A DNA stretch of 63,032 nucleotides from a virus (taxonomy: Duplodnaviria > Caudoviricetes): positions 1 to 63,032 of the IMG/VR virus record IMGVR_UViG_3300010373_000009. One strand, written 5' to 3'. The notes below the pieces were generated by a model. The model did no database searches. It was not told the DNA's origin and was given only the letters and a program-made list of their open reading frames with translations. The position numbers and the translations under genes were made by a program. Of the stretch, positions 48,131 to 56,743 are shown in pieces; positions within the stretch are counted from its first letter, which is position 1; each line of letters opens with the position of its first letter.

Positions 48131-48581
48131 GCGGGCTCGCATCACGAGGCACCAGCTTTTGATGGACGTGGCTATCGCGGCTGCGAAACGCTCGACCTGT
48201 CTGCGCCTGCAAGTGGGAGCGGTCATCGGCGTTAACGGTCGCGTTATTTCCGTTGGCTATAACGGCGCACCCTCCGGGGTATCTCATTGCACGCCGGAGA
48301 TATGCGGCCCGGATAAGCCGTGCACACGGGCGGTACATGCCGAGGCGAACGCAATCGCTTGGGCAGCGCGGCAGGGGCTTGCGACCGGCCAGCACTATCT
48401 TTACACGACGGTCTCTCCATGCCTCGATTGCTCAAAGCTAATTCTTAGCGCCGGGATCGCGGTCGTGATATTTAAGGACGAGTATCGGGACCTGACACCG
48501 CTGATCTATCTGGAAAATGCGGGCTGCATAACCTACCGCATCGATGTCAACGGAAATATCTACCGCTCATGCGAAGAGTAG
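48123..48581 (+). CDS. dCMP deaminase
   Basis: RSTC.R.QVGAV, GYNG, HAEANA and SPCLDC zinc motifs. Confidence 0.93.
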   Translation: MSERARITRHQLLMDVAIAAAKRSTCLRLQVGAVIGVNGRVISVGYNGAPSGVSHCTPEICGPDKPCTRAVHAEANAIAWAARQGLATGQHYLYTTVSPCLDCSKLILSAGIAVVIFKDEYRDLTPLIYLENAGCITYRIDVNGNIYRSCEE

Positions 48582-51061
48582 CTTGTACCCGCTGCCCGCT
48601 CTACAAGACGGCGAAGTCCGTCTGTGTTCCTCGTGAGCAGGTCGGCGCCGATCCGAAAGTCTTAGTCATAGGCGAGGCTCCGGGCCGCGAGGAGGATCAA
48701 CGTAATCGGCCGTTCGTCGGCCGATCTGGCCGATTGCTGCGCGAGGCATTGCAGAAGGCAGGCATTCACCAGTACATCCTGACGAACCTGGTACGGTGTC
48801 GACCTCCGGATAACCGCGCGCCTACTCGCGAAGAGATCAAAGCCTGTAACGTTCATCTCATGCAGGAGCTGGCCGAACTGCACCCCGAGTTTATTGTTAC
48901 AGCGGGCGGTCCGGCTTCGAAGGCGGTAGCCAAGCAATCGAAAATCACAGAGGCTCATGGGAAACTCGTGCCGTTGCCGGCGGGTGCGCAGGGCTACCCG
49001 ATCCTTCACCCCGCTTACATTCTGCGCGATCCGTCGAAACAGGCTATCTTCGATCACGACCTGGAGCGACTCGCACGGATAATGCGGGGAGAGAAGCGCG
49101 GCGACTTGCCGAAGTGGGAGGTAGTTACCCGAGAGAACTGGTCAGAGTTCCTTGCCGAATTCCGCGCCGCCGAGGCATTCTCTTTCGACCTAGAGACCCC
49201 CGGACTCTTCCCCTATGACCGGAAGGGCTTTATCCGTTGCGTAGGAGTGGGGTTACCGAGCCGTTCTTGGGTAATTCGAGGCGAAATGCCGGGCTCGCCT
49301 TTCTCTGGTAAGCCTGAACTTCTCGCCGCAATGGTCAATCTCCTAATCAGAGAACAGCGGAAACTGGGTAAGATCGGTGTAGCCCAAAACGGCAAATTCG
49401 ACGCGAAGTGGCTTGCGATCTACTGTGGTGACTCGTTCGATTTACACTTCGATACGATGCTCGCTCATTATATCATCGATGAGAATCAACCGCATGATCT
49501 TAAGTATCTCGCTCGCGCTTACCTCGACGCTCCGGAATATGACCTTACTACCAAGGAGAAGCAGGGGTTCACCACCCCAGCGAAGCTCTACGAGTACAAC
49601 GGTTTTGACTGTGGATATACGCTTCGTCTATACACAATCTTTGATCGAGTCTTTAAGCGTGATCCCCGTCTACGTCGGCTCTTTTACCGGCTGATGATGC
49701 CCGCTTCCCGGGCTATGCAATTGATAGAGCTGGAAGGTCTCTATCTGAATATGCCGAAGTACGCCGAGACTGAGGTTCAAGTTACGAAGGAACGTGATGA
49801 AATGCTCGGCAAGCTAAACAAGCTTGCGGCGAAATACGGTCAACCCGTTAACTGGAATGCTCCCGCGCAGGTCGCCAAGCTCTTCTATGAGCGGTTAAAG
49901 CTCAAGTGTACAGTTAGGACCGCGAAAGGCGCTCCGTCTACTGGGGAAGCTGCTCTGGCCGACCTGCGCGGGAAGCATGAGGTAGTAGATCAGCTCATCA
50001 AGTTCCGCGAACTGGAGAAATTCCTTGGCACCTACATCAAAGGATGGAAAGAATACATCGTCGAAAATCGTCTCTTCATGGATTACAAGCTGCATGGGAC
50101 CGTTACAGGACGATATTCTAGCCGCCTACACCAAGTGCCTCGCGACGGGACAATCCGTAATCTTGTGGAGGCACCACCGGGATGGAAATTCGTTCAAGCT
50201 GACTTGTCGCAGGCTGAACTTCGAATCGCCGCCGAATTCTCAAGGGACCTCGAACTGGTAGCATGCTTCCAGCCCGGAGGCGAGGACGTTCACTGGAGGA
50301 CGTTGCTCTTTATGATCGAGAGCGGCCGATCGGATGAGTATACCAAGCCCGCTCTAGAGACTGCCTCGAAACTCCGTTCATTCCGGATAGGCCAGTTATC
50401 GAGTGCGATCGAGATACTACGCAAGGCGGGTCACGATCGGGCAATCGGTCTCTGGAAACCGTGGAAAGAGGCACGGAAGAAAGCGAAGGCGATCAACTTC
50501 GGATTCGTCTTTGGAATGTTCGAGAATAAGTTCATCGAGCAGGCGAAGACGAAATACCAGTGGGACTGCACTTGGGAAGAAGCCCATTCGATGCGTCAAG
50601 CCTACTTTGAGCTCTACCAAGGTGTTCCTCGCTGGCACGAGCGGCAGAAGGCTCTGTTAAAGGTCAACGGTTATGTAACTAACCTCTTCGGCCGCGTGCG
50701 TCGGCTGCCCGGTGTCTTCTCGCAGGACCGCGAGCTACGCGGCGAGGCCGAGCGCCAGGCGATTAACTCTCCGGTCCAGGGGACGATTGGTGATTGGAAG
50801 GCTGCGGCCATGGTGGAAATACACGAGACGATCGATCGTCAAGCGCTTAGGATTGTCGGCGAGCATCACGACGCGCTTCTGATGATCGTGCGCGACGGTG
50901 CCGAGGACGAGGTATTGCCGAAGGTCCGGTCTATCATGCGCCGCCCGAAGCTCCTCGATGACTTTAAGATTCGTATGTCCGTCCCGATGGAATCCGAAAT
51001 CGAGATCGGTCCGTGGGGCGCCGGTAAGAAGTGGGAGCAAAAATGCCTAGCGAAGTCATAA
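48569..51061 (+). CDS. Family A DNA polymerase with N-terminal family-4 uracil-DNA glycosylase domain and 3'-5' exonuclease
   Basis: UDG: CxxC, GEAPG..ED, PFVG, CRPP.NR.P, HPAY. Exo: FDLET, NGKFD, YNGFD. Pol: TGRYSS, DLSQAELR, KAINFG, HD. Confidence 0.95.
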   Translation: MRRVACTRCPLYKTAKSVCVPREQVGADPKVLVIGEAPGREEDQRNRPFVGRSGRLLREALQKAGIHQYILTNLVRCRPPDNRAPTREEIKACNVHLMQELAELHPEFIVTAGGPASKAVAKQSKITEAHGKLVPLPAGAQGYPILHPAYILRDPSKQAIFDHDLERLARIMRGEKRGDLPKWEVVTRENWSEFLAEFRAAEAFSFDLETPGLFPYDRKGFIRCVGVGLPSRSWVIRGEMPGSPFSGKPELLAAMVNLLIREQRKLGKIGVAQNGKFDAKWLAIYCGDSFDLHFDTMLAHYIIDENQPHDLKYLARAYLDAPEYDLTTKEKQGFTTPAKLYEYNGFDCGYTLRLYTIFDRVFKRDPRLRRLFYRLMMPASRAMQLIELEGLYLNMPKYAETEVQVTKERDEMLGKLNKLAAKYGQPVNWNAPAQVAKLFYERLKLKCTVRTAKGAPSTGEAALADLRGKHEVVDQLIKFRELEKFLGTYIKGWKEYIVENRLFMDYKLHGTVTGRYSSRLHQVPRDGTIRNLVEAPPGWKFVQADLSQAELRIAAEFSRDLELVACFQPGGEDVHWRTLLFMIESGRSDEYTKPALETASKLRSFRIGQLSSAIEILRKAGHDRAIGLWKPWKEARKKAKAINFGFVFGMFENKFIEQAKTKYQWDCTWEEAHSMRQAYFELYQGVPRWHERQKALLKVNGYVTNLFGRVRRLPGVFSQDRELRGEAERQAINSPVQGTIGDWKAAAMVEIHETIDRQALRIVGEHHDALLMIVRDGAEDEVLPKVRSIMRRPKLLDDFKIRMSVPMESEIEIGPWGAGKKWEQKCLAKS

Positions 51062-51211
51062 TCAGATTATCCGGGGATCAAGCAACCGACCTGAAGCTCT
51101 TGTTGCTCTCGGAAGCCAGAACGCCTAAACAGCGTAGCGAGATGAATTTCCACGATCGTCTCGACGAGGGGGTCAGAAACGTCGTACTCAAGCAGATTAA
51201 GGAGCAGCTGA

Positions 51212-52231
51212 ATGGTTAGAACTACCCGCTATTCGGAGATCAAGGCTTTTCGGCGCTGCCCGAAATTGCATGAGTACGCTTATATCCAGCGCATTCAGAA
51301 GGTAAGGCCGGCGGCGGCTCCGCATCGCGGCACCATCCTGCATGAAATGCTCGACGCGCGAGCACGGCGCATGATGGGGGATAAGACTTCCGTGCCTTTG
51401 ATGATTCTCTCCGGTTACGAGAAGAAACACCGCAGTCTCTTCGCCGAGGAACGCGAACTGTACGGAGAGAATTTCATACCGGATATCCGGCGCGTATTCG
51501 AAGGCTACGAACGGACTTGGGCACAGGACGGCTGGGAGTATGAGTATTCCGAGCAGGAGATCGAGACCGATCTTGGCGACGCGAAGGACAAGGAGCTTCG
51601 GGGAGTTGTTTACCACGGTACTCTCGATAAGATCGTCGTTACGCGAGACGACCGGCGCTGGCTCGTCGATCATAAGACTCACAAATCGATTCCGACCGAG
51701 GAACAGCGTTTTCAGGACTACCAGATGCTGCTTTATGTCTGGGCCTGGAATCGTGAGAACCCCGAGGAACCTATCGATGGCATCATCTGGGATTACCTGC
51801 GCACGAAAGCCCCGACGATTCCCGAGACTCTGGTAAGAGGGGGGTTGACGCAACGCGCGAACCTTGATACAGATTATTACACATATATGACCGAGCTGAA
51901 ACGCTTAAAGCTCGACCCGAAGCCTTACTCAGAGTTCTTAGCGGGACTGCGGCAGCGATCAGCGGACAAATTCTTCCTGCGTGTGCCTCTGCCGAAGCCG
52001 AGCAAGGCAATGACCACCACCGTCGTTGAAGACTTCCGCGCGACGACGACCGCAATGCTGCAATGCTCGCGCCCGACTCGCACAATGACGAAGGACTGTT
52101 CGTGGTGCGAGTTCTATCGGCTCTGCACGGCGGAGCTGCGAGGTCTAGACTCGAATTACATCCTAAAGTCCGAATATGAGGAACGGAAAGATGAAGAAGA
52201 CGTTGAAGAAGACGAACCCGAAACCCGCTAG
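51212..52231 (+). CDS. PD-(D/E)XK exonuclease (Cas4/RecB-like, Cys-liganded)
   Basis: CP...GTILH, GTLD, VDHKT, QMLLY and C-terminal CSWCEFYRLC. Confidence 0.88.
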   Translation: MVRTTRYSEIKAFRRCPKLHEYAYIQRIQKVRPAAAPHRGTILHEMLDARARRMMGDKTSVPLMILSGYEKKHRSLFAEERELYGENFIPDIRRVFEGYERTWAQDGWEYEYSEQEIETDLGDAKDKELRGVVYHGTLDKIVVTRDDRRWLVDHKTHKSIPTEEQRFQDYQMLLYVWAWNRENPEEPIDGIIWDYLRTKAPTIPETLVRGGLTQRANLDTDYYTYMTELKRLKLDPKPYSEFLAGLRQRSADKFFLRVPLPKPSKAMTTTVVEDFRATTTAMLQCSRPTRTMTKDCSWCEFYRLCTAELRGLDSNYILKSEYEERKDEEDVEEDEPETR

Positions 52232-53000
52232 CTCGATTCTAACTCGTGCTAAGCCGATAGAGGATATCGACTCACACGTCGTAATGCTTTGCTACGGTCA
52301 GGCGGGGAAAGGCAAGACAGTATTCGCCTGCACGTTCCCGAAGCCTTTGCTACTGATCGATATTAAGGAGAAGGGGTTTGAATCCGTTATCGATGTCCCC
52401 GGCGTCGATTTGTTGGAGGTTAACGATTGGGACGAGGTAGAGGACGTTTATTGGGAACTAGAGAAAGGAACGAAATACCAGTCCATTGTTATAGATCAGC
52501 TAACAGCGATGCAGGCTCTTGCCATTGGGAAGATCCGCAAGGATAATGATATGGACCCCGACGAGGTCATCTCCCAGAGGAGCTGGGGCAGAGTCTCCGG
52601 GTTGATGGTTACTTGGATCGATAACTTCCGGAACCTCGTCGGGAAATACCATATCTGCTTTAATGCCCATGAGAAACTAACAGAGCCGCAAGAGGAAGAC
52701 GACGACCGGATAGCCCCCTCGGTTGGCAGCAATCTAATGAAGTCCGTGGCTTCGTTCGTTAACGGGGCCGTCTCAGTTATCGGTAATGCATATGTGCGGG
52801 AGGTTAAGCTAGAAGATAAATCAACCCAAATCCAGTTTTGCATGCGGGTAGGTCCCCATGCGTACTATGCAGCGAAGATCAGACGGCCGGTATCGGCGGG
52901 ACCTGCGCCGGGGGTTATCGTAAACCCGACATTCGAGAAGGTTCTAAAGGTATCGAAAGGTGAGAGCCTTTCGGTGAAGAAAACAGTCAAGCGTAAGTAG
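52191..53000 (+). CDS. AAA-family ATPase (Sak4-like recombinase)
   Basis: YGQAGKGKT, SIVIDQL and AHEK. Lies between the exonuclease and the SSB-like gene. Confidence 0.8.
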   Translation: MKKTLKKTNPKPASSILTRAKPIEDIDSHVVMLCYGQAGKGKTVFACTFPKPLLLIDIKEKGFESVIDVPGVDLLEVNDWDEVEDVYWELEKGTKYQSIVIDQLTAMQALAIGKIRKDNDMDPDEVISQRSWGRVSGLMVTWIDNFRNLVGKYHICFNAHEKLTEPQEEDDDRIAPSVGSNLMKSVASFVNGAVSVIGNAYVREVKLEDKSTQIQFCMRVGPHAYYAAKIRRPVSAGPAPGVIVNPTFEKVLKVSKGESLSVKKTVKRK

Positions 53001-53011
53001 GAGTTAATTTA

Positions 53012-53752
53012 ATGGCATCGAAGGCAAAGCGGTCGCGGAAGTCACGTGCAGTCAGTATTGACTTCGAGGGCGTCGAGTCCGGTGGTTTTAATCTCGCGGA
53101 CGGAACGTATGTTGCGGAAATTAGCTCCGCCGAGGAGAAGGAATCATCGGAGGGCAATCCGATGATCCTTCTGAAGTGGAAGGTCAAGGGCAAGAACGTC
53201 ACGCTCTTCGACAATCTCTCGCTGCTGCCCCAGGCTCTCTGGCGTCTGAAGACGATGTTAGAGGCAATCGGCGTCGAGGTTCCGGACTCTGCGATGGAGG
53301 TAGACCTCGATGATCTCGAGGGTCAGAGCTGCAAGCTAGAAGTGACCAACGAGACCTACGAGGGGAAGGAGCGGCCGAAGGTCACCAACTACCTCTCCCT
53401 AGAGGATAAGGGCGGTGATGACGGCGAGGAGGAGGAGGAAGAAGAAGCCGAGGAGGAAGAGGAGGCTGAGGAGGAGGAGGACAGCAAGCCCGCCAAGAAG
53501 CCCGGCAAGAAAACTGCCGCCGCGAAGAAGTCGTCCAAGTCGAAGGACGATGAAGATGAGGAAGAGGAGGAGACCGAAGAGGAGGATGAGGACGATGAGC
53601 GCCTGAAGGCCGGTGCGAAGGTCAAGTTCAAGGATGAGAACAACAAGGTGATCAAGGGCAAGATCACCGCTATCGAGGATGATACGGCGACCGTAAAGGA
53701 CACGGACGGCGACGAGTGGGAACTCGACCTCTCGGATCTCGAAGCTCTCTAG
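53012..53752 (+). CDS. ssDNA-binding protein (DUF669-like) with long acidic tail
   Basis: GTYVAEI...SSEGNPM...ALWRLK..L OB-like N-terminus and Glu/Asp tracts. Confidence 0.75.
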   Translation: MASKAKRSRKSRAVSIDFEGVESGGFNLADGTYVAEISSAEEKESSEGNPMILLKWKVKGKNVTLFDNLSLLPQALWRLKTMLEAIGVEVPDSAMEVDLDDLEGQSCKLEVTNETYEGKERPKVTNYLSLEDKGGDDGEEEEEEEAEEEEEAEEEEDSKPAKKPGKKTAAAKKSSKSKDDEDEEEEETEEEDEDDERLKAGAKVKFKDENNKVIKGKITAIEDDTATVKDTDGDEWELDLSDLEAL

Positions 53753-53753
53753 T

Positions 53754-55115
53754 ATGCTCCTGACCGACCTCCGAAACTACCAGGAATCAGCGGTCAAGGC
53801 TGCCGTCCCCATCCTTACGGGTGGGGGCGGTTTCGCCTTCTTCCCCGACCCTCGGACCGGCAAGACGGTAACTAGTCTGGCTGTTGTCGATCATTTTAGA
53901 CCATCCTGGTTAGTAGTCGTCTGCCCGAAGGCTGCCATTGCGGAGTGGCAGAGGCAGATACCGCAGCACCTACAGATCGACTGGAAGATGGAGGTGACGA
54001 TAGTTAACTATGAGCAGCTAGTTAACTGGAGAAAGAAGTGGTATAAGTTCATGCGCAACGGTCCAGATGATATCTTTATCATCTGCGACGAGTCGCATTA
54101 TATTAAGCGGCGGGGGACGTCACGTTCGCGAGTCGTTCGAAAGATGGGGCACTATGCGAAATATCGGCTTGCCCTAACAGGTACGCCGATCGCTCAGGGG
54201 ATTATCGATGCTTGGGCGCAATTTGACTTTCTCGATCCTGGGATTTTCGGCAAGTACGATAGTACGGTCGAGCGGCAGGGCAACAAGATCATTCGAGTTA
54301 TCGAGGAAGGTTTCGATGAACACTATATTCGATGGGGAGGTTTTAAGAAGCACGAGATCATCGGATACCGGAACGAGGATGAGTTTTACGAGAAGTTCCA
54401 TAAATACTCGTACCGAATCACGCTCCGGGAAGCCCAGCGAGAGGAGGGGGGGACATCCGTTAAGCTCCGTCGGCGACTGATCGACATAGAGCTATCGAGT
54501 AAGACTCGTTCCGTCTATAACGAACTGATGGAAGAATTGCAGGTCGAGGTAGACCGCAAGCGCGTAAAGGCTAAGAACGTCCTCGCGCTGGTTACGAAAC
54601 TTCAACAGATTACGGGTGGTTACGTCCAGAGCGAAGATGGGCCGGTAGCGATCGGGCATGAGAAGACCGAGGCACTTTACAAAGTCGTGCGGTCACTCCC
54701 GAGTCGCACGCGCTTTATCGTGATCTGTAGATTTATCTGGGAGATTGAGAACGTCGCCTATATGCTCCGTCGTCTGAACTACCGGGTAGCGATCGTCCGA
54801 GGAGGCCAGCCGTATGATGGTAAGTTCCAAGAGGATTGTCTCGTACTGCAAGTACAGTCCGGTATTGCGGTTGATATGGCCGCAGCCGATGCGGCGATAC
54901 TTTATTCAACAGACTATTCGTACCTGAACTTTACCCAAGCCCGGTTCCGGATACTCTCCTACGGGAAACGGGAGGCCCAATACTTTTTCCTGCTTGCCAA
55001 CAATACCGTCGATGGGCTAATCTATCAAGCGATCACCAGAAAGCAGAATCTAGCCAAGCTAGTCTGCGATACTTACCGCAACAGAAAAGAGGTACACCGT
55101 GGGAACCGAAGATAG
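53754..55115 (+). CDS. SF2 (SNF2-like) helicase
   Basis: LRNYQ, PRTGKT, CDESH, LTGTP and Q...RI. Confidence 0.88.
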   Translation: MLLTDLRNYQESAVKAAVPILTGGGGFAFFPDPRTGKTVTSLAVVDHFRPSWLVVVCPKAAIAEWQRQIPQHLQIDWKMEVTIVNYEQLVNWRKKWYKFMRNGPDDIFIICDESHYIKRRGTSRSRVVRKMGHYAKYRLALTGTPIAQGIIDAWAQFDFLDPGIFGKYDSTVERQGNKIIRVIEEGFDEHYIRWGGFKKHEIIGYRNEDEFYEKFHKYSYRITLREAQREEGGTSVKLRRRLIDIELSSKTRSVYNELMEELQVEVDRKRVKAKNVLALVTKLQQITGGYVQSEDGPVAIGHEKTEALYKVVRSLPSRTRFIVICRFIWEIENVAYMLRRLNYRVAIVRGGQPYDGKFQEDCLVLQVQSGIAVDMAAADAAILYSTDYSYLNFTQARFRILSYGKREAQYFFLLANNTVDGLIYQAITRKQNLAKLVCDTYRNRKEVHRGNRR

Positions 55116-55422
55116 CACTCAGGTCGAAGAGTCTCTGAAGGAACCGAAGGCCCCGAAGAAGAAGGCCGTCAAGAAGGCAATGAAGAAAGTCGCCAAGAAG
55201 GCGGAGAAGAAAGGGAATGGAAATGGCGCGAAGCGTCAGGCGGTCAAGGAGGAGGGAATCGTCTCCATCGTAGATCTCGCTGGCGAAGCCGGTATCACCG
55301 CTCAGGCCGTGCGGATCAAGCTGCGCGGATCGGACATCGAGCGCGGCGAAGGTCGCTGGAAATTCGAGGAGGGCTCGAAGCGCCTGAAGGAAGCGCGTAA
55401 GCTTCTCGGCATCGGGGCCTGA
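55099..55422 (+). CDS. Basic HTH-like protein
   Basis: Lys-rich N-terminus and IVDLAGEAGITAQAVRIKLR...GRW. Confidence 0.7.
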   Translation: MGTEDSTQVEESLKEPKAPKKKAVKKAMKKVAKKAEKKGNGNGAKRQAVKEEGIVSIVDLAGEAGITAQAVRIKLRGSDIERGEGRWKFEEGSKRLKEARKLLGIGA

Positions 55423-55426
55423 TTCA

Positions 55427-55939
55427 ATGAGAGGCCGGCTCTGTCAGGGCTCTTCCGGTAAAGGAGTCTGCGTAGTAGCTCAGTTGGTAGAGCGGGGGAA
55501 CGAGAACCTTACCAGTTCACACTCCCCGGGTCGCGGGTTCAAGTCCCGCCACGCCAGAGCCGGCCTTTCTCCCTTACTCCTCGCAATCTGCGCACTCGCG
55601 CAGGCTCAAACTCCTACCCAGCTACCGCTGACTTGGTCGGCTCCGGCGATCGAGTTCACGAATGGAACTCCGATCCCGGGCGGTAGACTCTACGGTTACG
55701 AGATTGACTGGTTTGGTGCAACGTCGAACCCGTGGTATTCGTATGACTCCCTGTTCGTAGATCCGGCCGCGACTTCGGCGAGCATCCCCGTTATCTGCGG
55801 TAGCTATAGCATTACGATTAGCTCCGTCTTCTTCGACGGGAGCGGGGATCTCCTTATTAGTCAGCCCGCTGGCCCAATAACCTATAACACGGGCGTTGCT
55901 TGCCCTCCGTCGTTCTGGCCTACGCTGACCGTAAAATGA
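55427..55939 (+). CDS. Fn3-like protein with hydrophobic signal-like segment (start uncertain)
   Basis: LLLAICALAQA|Q then LTWSAP..FTNGTPI...YEI and C-terminal TLTVK, paralogous to 26200..26580. Confidence 0.55.
   Translation: MRGRLCQGSSGKGVCVVAQLVERGNENLTSSHSPGRGFKSRHARAGLSPLLLAICALAQAQTPTQLPLTWSAPAIEFTNGTPIPGGRLYGYEIDWFGATSNPWYSYDSLFVDPAATSASIPVICGSYSITISSVFFDGSGDLLISQPAGPITYNTGVACPPSFWPTLTVK
55469..55556 (+). ncRNA. tRNA-like element with elongated anticodon arm and imperfect acceptor stem
   Basis: Canonical D arm TAGCTCAGTTGGTAGAGC and T arm GCGGGTTCAAGTCCCGC. GGGGA/TCCCC stem encloses 23 nt. Ends in CCA. Confidence 0.6.
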
Positions 55940-56385
55940 GCGAACAACAGCTCTGGAACTATCTCTCCCGGCTCTTGCCGGTAGATGGCCAGTATACACG
56001 GATCGAATCTCACGAAACGGCGACCGGCTTCCCGGACGTGCATTACATGCTCGCTGGGGTAGAGGGTACGATCGAGCTAAAAGACTCGCGGCATCCAACC
56101 GCTACTTACCCATTCGCCGAGGGCGGTCTGCGCGATGCGCAAAAGAACTGGCTCCGCGATTACCTCTACTCTGGGGGGCGTCCCCTCGTCTGCGCGCGGA
56201 TCGGAGACCCGATTTACTTTATCGAGGGTCGAAACGCTCTGAGAATAAACGGCTTTAAGCAAGAAGAATTTTCACTTTTCGCGACTCTGGTACTTTTGCC
56301 TAGGCAGCGTGCTCGATCGTGTGAAAAATTGCACGATTTGCTGGTGAAAAAGCTTACTTTTGTGAACCGAGCTGAATTAGACTAG
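55936..56385 (+). CDS. VRR-NUC / Holliday-junction-resolvase-like nuclease
   Basis: MSE..L, RIES...GFPD, IELK and LR.AQ..W. Confidence 0.8.
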   Translation: MSEQQLWNYLSRLLPVDGQYTRIESHETATGFPDVHYMLAGVEGTIELKDSRHPTATYPFAEGGLRDAQKNWLRDYLYSGGRPLVCARIGDPIYFIEGRNALRINGFKQEEFSLFATLVLLPRQRARSCEKLHDLLVKKLTFVNRAELD

Positions 56386-56391
56386 CCTTCG

Positions 56392-56700
56392 TTCGCAGCA
56401 AACCTGCGCGGGTCGCACTGCGATGGGGGAGGAGTAGGTATTCATTCCGTCGATCCCCCCCGCTGCGAATATCTCCCGCTCCGGCGTCAAACGGAGCGTG
56501 GGAAGGGTAAGCGGCGTCTCCGCCTCCACCACCGAGTGAGAAGACGCACTAACCCACTTTATCGCCCGAGCCGGGGCGTTAGCTAAGTTCCGGCCACCGT
56601 GCGAGCCGTGAAAGCTCGCCGTCTTGGGTAGGCCATCGGGCTGACGTTAAATGCGCGGTGCCCCTGGCCGGCGGCAGGTCCCGACCGCCGGTGCATTTTT
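56392..56700 (+). ncRNA. Candidate structured non-coding RNA
   Basis: ORF-free interval tiled by complementary segments (see findings). Strand inferred from flanking genes and the terminal T-run. Confidence 0.5.
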
Positions 56701-56743
56701 CTGAGGTTTGAGTTCTTTATCGTGCGAGGTTTCAGGGGGGTTT

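Noticed and set aside
51212-52231. Cas4-like gene as part of a CRISPR system
   Set aside because: No repeat-spacer array or other cas genes are visible. The context (ATPase, SSB) is a standard phage recombination module.
53415-53600. GAG/GAA-rich tandem-like repeats
   Set aside because: Explained by the poly-Glu acidic tail of the SSB-like protein.
56601-56619. GAGCCGTGAAAG resembling group II intron domain V
   Set aside because: The stem is too short, lacks the DV bulge and domain VI, and there is no RT/maturase or interrupted gene.
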